IMG/VR virus record: IMGVR_UViG_3300030330_006072
Length of the DNA: 64,000 nucleotides
Origin: an uncultured virus (IMG/VR IMGVR_UViG_3300030330_006072)
Taxonomy: Duplodnaviria; Heunggongvirae; Uroviricota; Caudoviricetes
Reading direction: 5' to 3' (one strand)
Part shown: positions 1 to 9,171 of the stretch, one piece after another
Layout: each line of letters starts with the position of its first letter
How positions within the stretch are numbered: the stretch's first letter is position 1
Notes under the pieces: model-generated
Told to the model about the DNA's origin: nothing
The model's database searches: none
Seen by the model: the letters and a program-made list of their open reading frames with translations, nothing else
Program-made: the position numbers and the translations under genes

Positions 1-23
1 CCCCCCCCCCTCCTTTCCAAAGA

Positions 24-280
24 GTATATAATCGTATATATCAGTATATAGCTGTATATAGAAGTATATATGAGTACATACAAAACCTAGTATATATGAG
101 TATATATCGGTATATAGGCCAGTATATAGGAGTACATAAGAGTATATATCGGTATATACGGAACACTTCAGTATATAGGAGTACATAGAAGTATATATGG
201 GTATATAATCGTATATATCGCCCTTGACGTATGATGCTGAGTAGTATATAACTGTACATAGCGGTATATATCGGTATATA
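24..280. repeat. Array of 22 GTA(T/C)ATA heptamers at exact 10-bp spacing, in five blocks
   Basis: Cores start at 24-74 (6 copies), 90-110 (3), 122-152 (4), 171-211 (5), 244-274 (4); preceded by a C10 run at 1-10. Confidence 0.95.
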
Positions 281-312
281 CCGTTTTAAATGGCAACAAA
301 GGAGAATCAAAA

Positions 313-552
313 ATGCCAAAACAATTAACCATTACACAACGGCTTCGTAAAGCCGAGAAGAAGATCAAACAACTCGAAGAGTCTCTAAAAGAAGGAGATC
401 AGATAGAGGTACAACTCATTGCTGAATATCTGGTATACACATTCTCAAAAATCGAGAATCTTTCTAAAATGGGAATCGCTAAAGCAGATCCAGACCCATT
501 CGACAAAGTAGAACAGGATGTCCGTAAGGCTTTTAGGGAGGGTTTAAAATGA
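313..552 (+). CDS. Hypothetical early protein, coiled-coil
   Basis: Strong RBS (aacaaaggag) upstream; ATGA-coupled to next ORF. Confidence 0.75.
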   Translation: MPKQLTITQRLRKAEKKIKQLEESLKEGDQIEVQLIAEYLVYTFSKIENLSKMGIAKADPDPFDKVEQDVRKAFREGLK

Positions 553-887
553 GTGAATTTGAACATTGTTTGGATTATTTTTTAGAAGAAATCGAGAGTG
601 TTGTAGATAAGCAGCTACAAAAAGCCTATAGGGTTCGAGCAGATGCTTGTGGTTTAGACTGTCGTTGCGGATGGATATATGTTTGTGCATCCGAGGGATG
701 GATCGCATTTTATCATGGTAAGGTATTGATAGGTAATAGACTGGAGTATTACGGTGGTTTCGAATACATCCCCTATGAAAATAAAGCCTTTATCGGAGAA
801 TACACATTCTATTTTGGGTGTGAACGAGTCCAAGATGCCATTAAGATTTTCGAAGAGAAAATCTTATCTATTGGATGTGATACATGA
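549..887 (+). CDS. Hypothetical protein
   Basis: ATGA overlaps with both neighbours. Confidence 0.75.
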   Translation: MSEFEHCLDYFLEEIESVVDKQLQKAYRVRADACGLDCRCGWIYVCASEGWIAFYHGKVLIGNRLEYYGGFEYIPYENKAFIGEYTFYFGCERVQDAIKIFEEKILSIGCDT

Positions 888-1300
888 TTAAAACATTTGA
901 TGAATACCTAGCGATAAGTGTCTCATCCTCTACGATTAAGACATACAAGAAGCTAATTAATACGCTTCGTCGCAGTCCCGATCCAGAGGCCCATATTTCC
1001 TCTTTAAGCCCTTCAAGCCAACGGCCCTATCGAACAGCATGGAATCATTGGTCAAAATGGCAAGAATACAGCAAGAGCGTCGAACAGGAAGTCATTGCCG
1101 ATGAGGTTTCAGAAGCAATTCGAAATTGGGGTGGAGACAAAAATCTTTTGAAATCCACAAACAAGACTCGAAACACTGCTGACCAATATGCAGACATTGA
1201 GGGATTCGCTTTTTATGGAGAGGGTGAAAATGTTATCTCTCTTCCTCTGGAATTGGCGGAGCTTTTAGAAAGACATGCAACAGGAGACACATTACTATAG
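884..1300 (+). CDS. Protein resembling the N-terminal core-binding part of a tyrosine recombinase, without catalytic residues
   Basis: FDEYL...SSSTIKTY...DP...LSPSS pattern parallels SSTIDVY...DP in 55037..55840; no HxxR or LGH..Y motifs. Confidence 0.45.
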   Translation: MIKTFDEYLAISVSSSTIKTYKKLINTLRRSPDPEAHISSLSPSSQRPYRTAWNHWSKWQEYSKSVEQEVIADEVSEAIRNWGGDKNLLKSTNKTRNTADQYADIEGFAFYGEGENVISLPLELAELLERHATGDTLL

Positions 1301-1328
1301 ATTGAGTTAAAAATTAATCCTATACTCT

Positions 1329-1357
1329 AAAGCGATCTTTAAAAGATCGCTTTTTTT
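1329..1357 (+). terminator. 12-bp inverted repeat with 1-nt spacer and T-tract
   Basis: aaagcgatcttt-a-aaagatcgcttt followed by Ts, after the first operon. Confidence 0.7.
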
Positions 1358-1421
1358 GTTATCATTTTGTATAACTTTTTGTTCAAACATATGTGATATA
1401 AAATAATCATTAGGAGTTTAA

Positions 1422-1793
1422 ATGGAAAATCCGCAGCAAAACAACAGTGGGGATAAAGCAATATTTGAGTTGTTAAAATCAGAGCGTATCGATTCCGCTA
1501 AGGAGCGTAGACAAAGCCAAGGTGCGTTCTTAAAGGCGATTGAGCAGCAAACAGCAGCCCAAACAGAGGCAATGAACAATCTAGGGGATAGACTGGAAGC
1601 AAGCCTATTGGATATGCGTAAAGATTTGAGAGTAGCCACATCGAGGACGTTTTATTTAATTGGTCTGGCTATTTTGGTGGTTGCAGCACTAGGGGGAGTA
1701 TCCGTATCGTATGTGGATGGGAAGCTCGAATTGCTCCAACCTCAAGCGGATTCGGTGCGTAGCATGGAAGAACCCAAAAGTGGAGATAAATAG
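1422..1793 (+). CDS. Coiled-coil protein with one transmembrane helix
   Basis: RBS aggag; hydrophobic FYLIGLAILVVAALGGVSV. Confidence 0.75.
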   Translation: MENPQQNNSGDKAIFELLKSERIDSAKERRQSQGAFLKAIEQQTAAQTEAMNNLGDRLEASLLDMRKDLRVATSRTFYLIGLAILVVAALGGVSVSYVDGKLELLQPQADSVRSMEEPKSGDK

Positions 1794-1805
1794 GAATAAA
1801 TTATT

Positions 1806-2264
1806 ATGACTGAAATAACACAAGCATTACTCGAATATGGTTCAATGGGGATATTTGCGGGCTTTCTTGTGTGGCAACATCTATCGATGCAAAAAAGACT
1901 CGATGCGTTGGTACAGAGATTTCAAACCCAATTGGAACAACTACAGAATAAAAAGGAGGAAAGAGAAGCTTCCTTGAGGGAAAGATACGATACCGTTATA
2001 TCGACGCTCCAAGAGGAAAAAAGCTCTTTTCGTGTAGATATGGAAAATCAAATCAAGCTTGCATTAATGAGGCTAGAAGAATTGGATAAAAAAACAGAAG
2101 AAATAAAAGTACTCTCCGACTCTCTGACTCTTATACATCGAGAATCCAACATCCAAACAGTAAAGGCCTTGGGGATACTGGAGAAGATGGAAGAAGAGGC
2201 TCGACTAAAAGAAATGGCTCGTAAGATGCAAAACAAAGATGAGCCAAATTGGGAACGTCGATAG
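1806..2264 (+). CDS. N-terminally anchored coiled-coil protein, BhlA/UviB holin-like N-terminus
   Basis: YGSMGIFAGFLVWQ TM followed by a long coiled coil with REASL. Confidence 0.55.
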   Translation: MTEITQALLEYGSMGIFAGFLVWQHLSMQKRLDALVQRFQTQLEQLQNKKEEREASLRERYDTVISTLQEEKSSFRVDMENQIKLALMRLEELDKKTEEIKVLSDSLTLIHRESNIQTVKALGILEKMEEEARLKEMARKMQNKDEPNWERR

Positions 2265-2301
2265 TTTTTTTTACTTCTTACGCTATTTTAAAAACCTTTG
2301 A

Positions 2302-2330
2302 TTGACAACTATCTGTAATCAGAGTAAATT
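2302..2330 (+). promoter_or_regulatory. Sigma70-type promoter
   Basis: TTGACA-N17-TAAATT, followed by hairpin atgctcc-gtact-ggagcat (2335-2353) and RBS aaggag. Confidence 0.8.
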
Positions 2331-2375
2331 TGTTATGCTCCGTACTGGAGCATTTCAAAAATCAAGGAGAAACAA

Positions 2376-3704
2376 ATGCAGCCAGAAAAATATTTTGCTG
2401 TCTACAACAAAGAGGGGCAAAGACTCCTCCGTACCACCAACATTGTCAAAGCTCGTACATTCGCCAGTGTCCGAGGACTTCAAGAACAAAGCGATAAAGG
2501 CCCTCAATTGGAAATTGCCGAGTCTACCAGACCCACAAGTATGCATCCTTTGGAGCCTCAGCCTATTGGGGAAAAACTTACTGAAAACGGTTTGAGAATC
2601 CACAAAGCAGAAAGAAAGTCGTTTGAAAATATGCCTCTAGCGGGTGATCTTATGTCTGATATTATTTCTCAAGTCAAAAACGAGAAAAGAAAGGATGTCC
2701 TTATTCCCATAAAAGAATTGCGTATGAATGCAGAAGGCCAAATCCATAGAGTGAACAGCCGACATGCATACAACGTCGAACCCGATGCATTTAAACAAAT
2801 AATTAAAAAGTGTGGGGTATTTCCCAATGCCACGAGACTTTTTAACCTCATGGCTGAATCAATGGTCGCAGAAGTGTTTAATCATCAAATCACACGTTAT
2901 GCGGATGATTCTAAATTTCCTCTTGGAGACAAAATCAAAGTGGGCCTACGAGAGTTGAACGGAAAACGCTCTATTTATCGCTTTGTGTCTCCTATCTATG
3001 CCTCTTGGGGTGCGGATAGTGTCTTAAAGGAATTGCAAAACATGATACCGAGTAAAAGCGATGCCAGAGGTGATTTTATCTACAATCCATATAGCACAAT
3101 GGTATCTGGATCGGCTTTGTGGCACACACCAAAAGCCGACGAAAGCATTTGCAATGGCGACGTGTTTAAAGCGGGGATATACCTCAAAACAGCCGACAAA
3201 CGCAATAGCGGAATAACCGCCAGAACAGTCGCTTGGAGAATCAAGTGCTCCAATCGGCAAGAAACAGCAATGGAAAATTGTGGCTCCTTCTACAGCATCC
3301 ACAAAGGCGACATTGAGAAGATTCGCCAAGGATTCCAAGAAACAATTATCGAGGGACGAGAAGCTTATGCCTCCTTTATGACTTGTTGGAATAAACTATC
3401 TCAAATGAATGTACAAAAATATTCTCTTTGGGGCAAACGATTTGATTCAGTCGAGGATGCGCTTGAACACGCTGTGTCGATCGGGAAAATCTCTTTGGAC
3501 ATTGCAAACAATGTTCTCGTCGAACACCTTCTATCCGCCTACAAACTAGAAGTAGGAGACGATCTAACGGCCCTTGTGAATGCTGTTACCAGAGCAGCGC
3601 ACAAGGCCCCTCTAAACACTGACCAACAATTGCATTTGGAACAGACAGGAGGAAGACTAGCAAGAGAGCTTGTGCTTTTACCCGCAATTCCAATCCAAGC
3701 ATAA
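2376..3704 (+). CDS. DUF932/DUF945-like phage/plasmid protein
   Basis: WRIKCSN (RxxCxN), downstream HKG and LTALVNAVT motifs typical of this family. Confidence 0.65.
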   Translation: MQPEKYFAVYNKEGQRLLRTTNIVKARTFASVRGLQEQSDKGPQLEIAESTRPTSMHPLEPQPIGEKLTENGLRIHKAERKSFENMPLAGDLMSDIISQVKNEKRKDVLIPIKELRMNAEGQIHRVNSRHAYNVEPDAFKQIIKKCGVFPNATRLFNLMAESMVAEVFNHQITRYADDSKFPLGDKIKVGLRELNGKRSIYRFVSPIYASWGADSVLKELQNMIPSKSDARGDFIYNPYSTMVSGSALWHTPKADESICNGDVFKAGIYLKTADKRNSGITARTVAWRIKCSNRQETAMENCGSFYSIHKGDIEKIRQGFQETIIEGREAYASFMTCWNKLSQMNVQKYSLWGKRFDSVEDALEHAVSIGKISLDIANNVLVEHLLSAYKLEVGDDLTALVNAVTRAAHKAPLNTDQQLHLEQTGGRLARELVLLPAIPIQA

Positions 3705-3723
3705 ACAAACTGTACCACAAATG

Positions 3724-3741
3724 AAGGGGGGAAACCCCCTT
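3724..3741 (+). terminator. GAAA-tetraloop hairpin
   Basis: aaggggg-gaaa-ccccctt between two ORFs. Confidence 0.45.
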
Positions 3742-3769
3742 ATCAACAGGCAAAAACAAGGAGAAAAAA

Positions 3770-4549
3770 ATGCCTATTAATGAAGAAATAAACTTAGTGT
3801 ACAACCAAGAGACAGGTAGCCTAACAGGTAAGCTATCTAAAAGCCATTACGACACATTCGTTCCCTTTATGACTGAAAAGTTGGGTTATAGCAAGGGATA
3901 TGCTACTACTCTAAAGAAAGCATTGTACTATCTAAATGGATGGGTGCATCTTGATAAAGACAATTACATGCACCGATTTAAAGAGAAAGCAATAGAGTTT
4001 GAAAAAAAATGGTTCCATGATCAAGTCCGCAAATTGGAGTCTGTACAAGAGCACAACGCAGCACTTGTGGAAAAAGTAGATACCCTCCAAGATGAGGCCA
4101 AAATACGCAATGCCGAGCTTGAAGGATGGAAAATTCTAGGCGGCTCCTTCGAGAAGTTTGAACAGCGTAAATTGCACTTAGAGTCTCAAGTCACGCATAT
4201 TCAAAGCGTGATTGACCAAAATGAATCTCTTGAAGATGAAAAGAAGATACTTCTTGCTATCCATGAGCAAAACAAACAGACAATCCAAGAGAAGGACTGT
4301 GCAATCGCACTACGTGACGATGAAATCCGTATTTTGAATGCTGCAATTGCTAAACAAGACGAGGCGATACGCTCTCTCCAAGAACAGCTAGATGAACAAA
4401 GACTATCAGATAGTAGAAAAGGAGATCAAATAACAGAGGCTAAGTCGGAAGTATGGAAGCTTTACGATTTCTTAGTACAAGAAGAGATAAAAGGACTTGA
4501 TATCGATCTCGATTATTGTCGATACATAATCGAAGTTTTATCACGATAA
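3770..4549 (+). CDS. Long coiled-coil hypothetical protein
   Basis: Heptad-rich E/Q/K sequence; strong RBS within a 30-bp leader identical to the one at 50392-50421. Confidence 0.8.
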   Translation: MPINEEINLVYNQETGSLTGKLSKSHYDTFVPFMTEKLGYSKGYATTLKKALYYLNGWVHLDKDNYMHRFKEKAIEFEKKWFHDQVRKLESVQEHNAALVEKVDTLQDEAKIRNAELEGWKILGGSFEKFEQRKLHLESQVTHIQSVIDQNESLEDEKKILLAIHEQNKQTIQEKDCAIALRDDEIRILNAAIAKQDEAIRSLQEQLDEQRLSDSRKGDQITEAKSEVWKLYDFLVQEEIKGLDIDLDYCRYIIEVLSR

Positions 4550-4572
4550 CCTCAGATCCCCTACTATCCTAT

Positions 4573-4600
4573 AAGAAGCCTCCAGACTGGAGGCTTCTTT
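4573..4600 (+). terminator. 13-bp inverted repeat with 1-nt spacer (GCCTCCAG family)
   Basis: aagaagcctccag-a-ctggaggcttctt followed by taattt; related copies at 47024 and 48098. Confidence 0.75.
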
Positions 4601-4618
4601 AATTTAAGCCCTAGTATA

Positions 4619-4642
4619 ATAGTGATCCTTTTGGATCACTAT
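4619..4642. promoter_or_regulatory. GATCCTTTTGG box in palindromic form
   Basis: atagtgatcc-tttt-ggatcactat; GATCC lies 86 nt upstream of the ATG at 4710; motif recurs at 7626, 32370 and 37358. Confidence 0.55.
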
Positions 4643-4709
4643 ATTTGTTGTTAAAAATATAATAATATATGATACAAACTTATTAGTGTTTTTATCTGCG
4701 GTCTGTTTT

Positions 4710-5486
4710 ATGTATGTTCGCCCCCTCAATCTAGGAAATCCTCGAACGTTTGAAATCCCCAATTGGCATCGGGACTCTCAAACTAATCGAATGGCCTTTT
4801 TAAGAGAGGTAGCGGAGAACAGCGGAAGAGATCCAAGAGTTGCACACTTAGCGGTTCAAATACTCAAATCAAGTGGTGTTCAGCCTCGACAGTACAAAGA
4901 ACAGGCCCAAGCACTTTTAAAGTGGGTACAAACGAATATATACTACGTCAATGAACCAAACGAAAGACTCCAAGATCCTCTATATACTGTAAAGGTTGGA
5001 TATGGAGATTGTGACGACATGGTTCTCCTTCTGGCTGCATTGTTCCATTCCATACGGTTGGATTTTCGATTTGTATTATCGGGAAAGAACAATGGCAAAA
5101 TTACACGATGGATAGAAGGCCAGAGAGAGCCAAGAGGACGTTGGACACATATTTACCTCATGGTAGGGTGGCCTGTTTTCAGACCGACAACGTGGGCCTA
5201 TTGTGAGCCTACAATAGCATCGGCAAAACTAGGTTGGGACATCGTACAAGCGAAAGCGGGATCTGCTCCAATGTTACCAGAATTGGGCGATCTTGGAAGT
5301 ACGGCCTTAGTCTACAACCAAGCGACAGGGCAATACCAAATTGCATCCTCTAAGGAGGGTATTTTAAAACAATTGGCTCAAAGACTTCACCCAAGCAAAT
5401 TAGTTGTGGAAGTCATAGCGGGAGCCGTATTAATCGCATTAACCAATAAAGCTGTTGAAATTGTCAGAAAAAGAATCAGCAAATAA
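4710..5486 (+). CDS. Transglutaminase-like cysteine enzyme (candidate virion maturation protease), hydrophobic C-terminus
   Basis: GDCDD (Cys), WTHIY (His), CEPT (acidic) triad; ATG 4710 preferred over GTG 4686. Confidence 0.8.
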   Translation: MYVRPLNLGNPRTFEIPNWHRDSQTNRMAFLREVAENSGRDPRVAHLAVQILKSSGVQPRQYKEQAQALLKWVQTNIYYVNEPNERLQDPLYTVKVGYGDCDDMVLLLAALFHSIRLDFRFVLSGKNNGKITRWIEGQREPRGRWTHIYLMVGWPVFRPTTWAYCEPTIASAKLGWDIVQAKAGSAPMLPELGDLGSTALVYNQATGQYQIASSKEGILKQLAQRLHPSKLVVEVIAGAVLIALTNKAVEIVRKRISK

Positions 5487-5501
5487 AACAAGGAGAAGTA
5501 C

Positions 5502-5885
5502 ATGTCAGTACAACATAAACAGGTAGTAGACGCACATATCAATGAAGCATCGGTAGAGTGGGCCTATAAAAAAGCCAAGCAAATGCAGCTAAAAAACAAT
5601 CGTCAATCGGAATCGTTTTCAGCTAGGGGAATGAGAGCAGCAAGGGCCAGAGATCCCAAGCTCCTTCTTGTGTTGGAGAAAGCAACAGAAGTCATACATA
5701 AACAATACCTACGTCAGTATGGCGAATATGTACAGCGTTCTGATATTCCAGAGAACCATAAAGTTGTGCCTACAGAAGTCCAACTCTGGCGGGAAGCATA
5801 CAAAATGGTAGACCAAGGGACTCCGATTGAAAATTTCCAGTGGATTTACGGTGCTGCTGCACTTTTAGCATTTGGGCCTGTGTAA
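5502..5885 (+). CDS. Hypothetical protein with hydrophobic C-terminus
   Basis: RBS aaggag; ends WIYGAAALLAFGPV. Confidence 0.7.
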   Translation: MSVQHKQVVDAHINEASVEWAYKKAKQMQLKNNRQSESFSARGMRAARARDPKLLLVLEKATEVIHKQYLRQYGEYVQRSDIPENHKVVPTEVQLWREAYKMVDQGTPIENFQWIYGAAALLAFGPV

Positions 5886-6133
5886 TGATCAAATTGAAAT
5901 ATACGGACATAATGCCGTTGGCAATGAGTTTATATCGACATCTGCAAGAATCCATATCGGATGCAGCAAGCAGAAAGATTGAAAGTATTGATCGAGAATT
6001 ATTTGCCAAAGAAATAAATGAAAAAATAAAAGACTGGAACCCCAAGATTAATAAAAAAACAATTTTTGATGAAAAGACCCGACTTCACTGTGCACAATTG
6101 ATAGCGGGAATAACATTAAATGTACTGAGGTAA
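5885..6133 (+). CDS. Hypothetical protein
   Basis: TAATG overlap with upstream stop gives start at 5885. Confidence 0.65.
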   Translation: MIKLKYTDIMPLAMSLYRHLQESISDAASRKIESIDRELFAKEINEKIKDWNPKINKKTIFDEKTRLHCAQLIAGITLNVLR

Positions 6134-6135
6134 AG

Positions 6136-6972
6136 ATGAATAAAGGTGTTGTAAATGGAATGGTACGGCTGTATCGTGGATCTCCTAGAGTGAGAGAATT
6201 TGATTATGATAGAAGGATGTATCAAGATCCCGATTATTACGGTGCAATTCAAGGGGATCACTTCCTACGACGCTCCGATTTTAACTTACTTCCTATAGGG
6301 CAAGATGTATATATGACTCGAAGTCCGTACTCGGCTATCCCTAGTTCGTATGGCAATTTTAATCCTTCTGGTTGTGGATGTGCCAGTATGGGGTATCTTG
6401 GGGAACCCGACGCACCAAGCGATTCAAACGAAGCCGATGAATCTGGATTTGATTTGGTTGGTATGCTTGTATCAGCCTACGAATGGAGCCAAAGCGAAGA
6501 AGGAAAAAAAGCTATTAAAAAGGGTCAAGAATTATATGATAGCGCACGTCAAATTGGACAAGGTGGATCTTCCAACACGTCAGTAAAAGGACTCAAAATT
6601 CAAAACAAGCCAATCGGCACAATTCCTATAGAAGAGATCGTGCGAATTATGACAAGAATAGAGGGTCGATTAGTACCTTCTACCTTTTCGACTGTTGCGG
6701 ATATACCCAAAGAGTCTAATCCCTCTCTTATATCGGCTTTTTTAGGCCAGTCGGATTATCCATTGCTTACACGCATCCGTATACAAAGTTACAACATCAT
6801 GCGTCAAGAATTACAAGAACGTTTGTCAGAAATACCCGCAGATGTTGAAGCGGGTGGAAGCGGTGGAAGCGGTGGAAGCGGTGCAAGCGGTAAATCATCT
6901 GTCCCTACAATTCTTGCTGTTGGTGCTATTGGTGGACTCGCTTTGTTCTTGGCTTTAAAGCTGCGTAAATAA
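6136..6972 (+). CDS. Tail-anchored membrane protein, putative virion component
   Basis: GGSGGSGGSG linker, then TM VPTILAVGAIGGLALFLAL and basic end KLRK. Confidence 0.75.
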   Translation: MNKGVVNGMVRLYRGSPRVREFDYDRRMYQDPDYYGAIQGDHFLRRSDFNLLPIGQDVYMTRSPYSAIPSSYGNFNPSGCGCASMGYLGEPDAPSDSNEADESGFDLVGMLVSAYEWSQSEEGKKAIKKGQELYDSARQIGQGGSSNTSVKGLKIQNKPIGTIPIEEIVRIMTRIEGRLVPSTFSTVADIPKESNPSLISAFLGQSDYPLLTRIRIQSYNIMRQELQERLSEIPADVEAGGSGGSGGSGASGKSSVPTILAVGAIGGLALFLALKLRK

Positions 6973-7613
6973 TGGACTCCTTCGAGCACTACAAACGGTG
7001 GAAGTGGGGACAGGAACCCGATAGGGTCGTCTCTCTAAATTTGCCTCGTATCGGGGCAATGTCAGCCCGCAATGAAAAGAATCCTCGGTTTGTTGAAATA
7101 GGACGACTTGTAGGTTTTTATTTACGGCCCGACATAGATTTGTCTAAAAACAAGAAGCAGAAACATACTCAAGAGTTAATGCTAACCCAACCAGACGACA
7201 TCGAAAAAAGCCACGTAGTGTTCGACAGGAAGCATAAAAACCATCGAATCTATATTAGTTTGGCTCCACATCTAATGAAGGATACAAAGGCATTGTACAA
7301 GTCTCTTGATACAAGTCCTGTTCTTCTTAAAGATGTGGTGCGTACTCAAAACCCTATGCACACTAAGGGAAGACATGATTCCTCCAAAGACTATCCAAAT
7401 GTAAAGGTCAAACCTATTGGATATGTTACCGATTTGATCTACAAGACTCATAAAAGTGGGGATGGATTATCGGAATATATCCATGCATTCGGTGAACCCT
7501 ACGGAGTATACAAAAAATGGACTTCTCGACCGATTTTGGCTGTAGACAAAGAAGGTCACTTATGGTTTGCGGGGGGAAATTATCGCTGTCCTTATGCTGG
7601 AATTACGAATTAA
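6972..7613 (+). CDS. Hypothetical protein in the morphogenesis operon
   Basis: TAATG-coupled; globular, with YKTHK...YIHAFGE...GGNY...GI motifs; function unknown. Confidence 0.75.
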   Translation: MDSFEHYKRWKWGQEPDRVVSLNLPRIGAMSARNEKNPRFVEIGRLVGFYLRPDIDLSKNKKQKHTQELMLTQPDDIEKSHVVFDRKHKNHRIYISLAPHLMKDTKALYKSLDTSPVLLKDVVRTQNPMHTKGRHDSSKDYPNVKVKPIGYVTDLIYKTHKSGDGLSEYIHAFGEPYGVYKKWTSRPILAVDKEGHLWFAGGNYRCPYAGITN

Positions 7614-7625
7614 TCACTACCTCGG

Positions 7626-7643
7626 AGTGATCCTTTTGGATCA
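7626..7643. promoter_or_regulatory. GATCCTTTTGG box
   Basis: agtgatccttttggatca; GATCC lies 86 nt upstream of ATG 7715. Confidence 0.55.
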
Positions 7644-7714
7644 GTCCTCAAAAAAACTCTTGCAAAAACAGTAAAATTTTTGCATATTTTATTAGTCAAT
7701 GGAGAAAAATAACT

Positions 7715-9118
7715 ATGGCTCTCGTACTTAGAAGTAATCCTGTTTCACGTTCGACAGGTGCGCTGTTTATTTCGAACCCTACTCGAAAAAAGCGCAAAAA
7801 TCCTACAAAGCGTAGAAAGAATCGGGCTACAACAAAACGTCGCAAGAATGTTAAGCGTCGCAAAAATGTTGTTAAGCGTAGACGTAATGTTGCAAAGCGT
7901 AGAAAGAATGTAACAAAGCGTAGACGCAATGTAGCAAGAAGACGCATGAACCCTATTTTGCGTCGCAAAGCAAATCCAGTGCGTCGTAGAAAGAATACAC
8001 GTCGCAAATCAAATCCAGTTCGTCGTCGTCGTAACGGTACACATAAGGGGATGCGTCGAAAAACCGCACGTAAAGCCTATATGAAAAATCGTCGCAAAAA
8101 TAGTCGTCGTCGCACAATTCGTCGTAGAAACCCAATTGTAAAGATGCTTAAGCAACCATACTCAAGCTTGAAAAAGCTTGTTGCAAAGCTTCCTTTGGTT
8201 GGAAAGCCAATCTCCAGTAACATGAACCTTATTGTTTCTGCAATGGGTGGCGGTTTGGCCTTTGGAGTCTCTTATAACTATCTAAGTCGTTATCTTCAAT
8301 CCCTACAAGCGGGTGAAGGTGTGGGCGGACAGCTAGTGCGTGGATTCCAAGTTGTCGATAAGTATGTCGGATTGTCTCTTATTGGTTTGGTTGCAGCGGG
8401 TGCAGCAAAATATGTTCTTCCTAGTATCATGTCTAAGCAAGAAGCCGATAAAGTTGCAAAAGCAGCCTTGGCGGTTGGTGCAGCATTGAACGGTGTCAAA
8501 CTATACAATATGGCGGCTCGACATTTTAATCTCTTTGAAGGAAGACAAATTCCTCTCCCTCTAACATCGGGATCGGCTGCTGACACTGGTTCTCTCTTCC
8601 TCGGTGATGGTATGTCTTATGATGTTGTTCCTCTTAGTGGAGCACACATGGATATGAGTGGTGCACATCTCGATATGAGTGGTGCACACATGGAAATGGG
8701 CGGACTCTATATGGATGCACGTCCCGCAGATGCAATGGGTGCGGGTCACGATCTTTCACCTATGGAGCGTAGAGCAGCTATGGCGGGGCCAAGAGCCTAT
8801 GCATCTGCATTTGGCGCACCCCCTAGACAAATTCAAAACTCTCAAGGTCAATCCGCTATGGCGGGTAAACATGGCCATCGTTGGGGTTGGATGATCCACA
8901 TGTTAGGATTCAGAAGATTCCAAAAACTTGCACAATTACCCGCACATAAAAGAGTAGAAATGATTGCAAAGCTTAAGCATGCTGCAATTGCTGCTGCTCG
9001 ATCTCAATTCGATTCTTCTGAGGCTCAAGGATATTCGGGTATAGCCATTGATTCCATGAATGGCATTGCAATTGATCAATCATTATCTGGTTTGGCTGTC
9101 GTCGGTGCAAACATCTAA
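7715..9118 (+). CDS. Putative virion core/genome-condensing membrane protein with Arg/Lys-rich NP repeats
   Basis: About 140 N-terminal aa of (R/K)nN(P/V) repeats with 7 NP dipeptides; central hydrophobic helices; C-terminal SGAHx(D/E)M x3 and xGIAID repeats. Confidence 0.65.
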   Translation: MALVLRSNPVSRSTGALFISNPTRKKRKNPTKRRKNRATTKRRKNVKRRKNVVKRRRNVAKRRKNVTKRRRNVARRRMNPILRRKANPVRRRKNTRRKSNPVRRRRNGTHKGMRRKTARKAYMKNRRKNSRRRTIRRRNPIVKMLKQPYSSLKKLVAKLPLVGKPISSNMNLIVSAMGGGLAFGVSYNYLSRYLQSLQAGEGVGGQLVRGFQVVDKYVGLSLIGLVAAGAAKYVLPSIMSKQEADKVAKAALAVGAALNGVKLYNMAARHFNLFEGRQIPLPLTSGSAADTGSLFLGDGMSYDVVPLSGAHMDMSGAHLDMSGAHMEMGGLYMDARPADAMGAGHDLSPMERRAAMAGPRAYASAFGAPPRQIQNSQGQSAMAGKHGHRWGWMIHMLGFRRFQKLAQLPAHKRVEMIAKLKHAAIAAARSQFDSSEAQGYSGIAIDSMNGIAIDQSLSGLAVVGANI

Positions 9119-9171
9119 GACATCCAAACTTAATTCACTTCCAATTTACTTAAATTAACGGAGCATATAAA

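Noticed and set aside
1..10. C10 run as a true genome terminus
   Set aside because: Poly-C/G at contig ends is a common sequencing artefact and cannot be judged without reads
224..252. TTGACG-N17-TATAAC promoter inside the array
   Set aside because: The -10 lacks the conserved final T and coincides with a repeat core; plausible but unsupported
24..280. Repeat array as a CRISPR array
   Set aside because: 7-bp cores with 3-bp spacers are far too short, and no cas genes are present
41..368. Minus-strand Tyr/Ile-rich ORFs
   Set aside because: By-products of the TATA-rich repeat array
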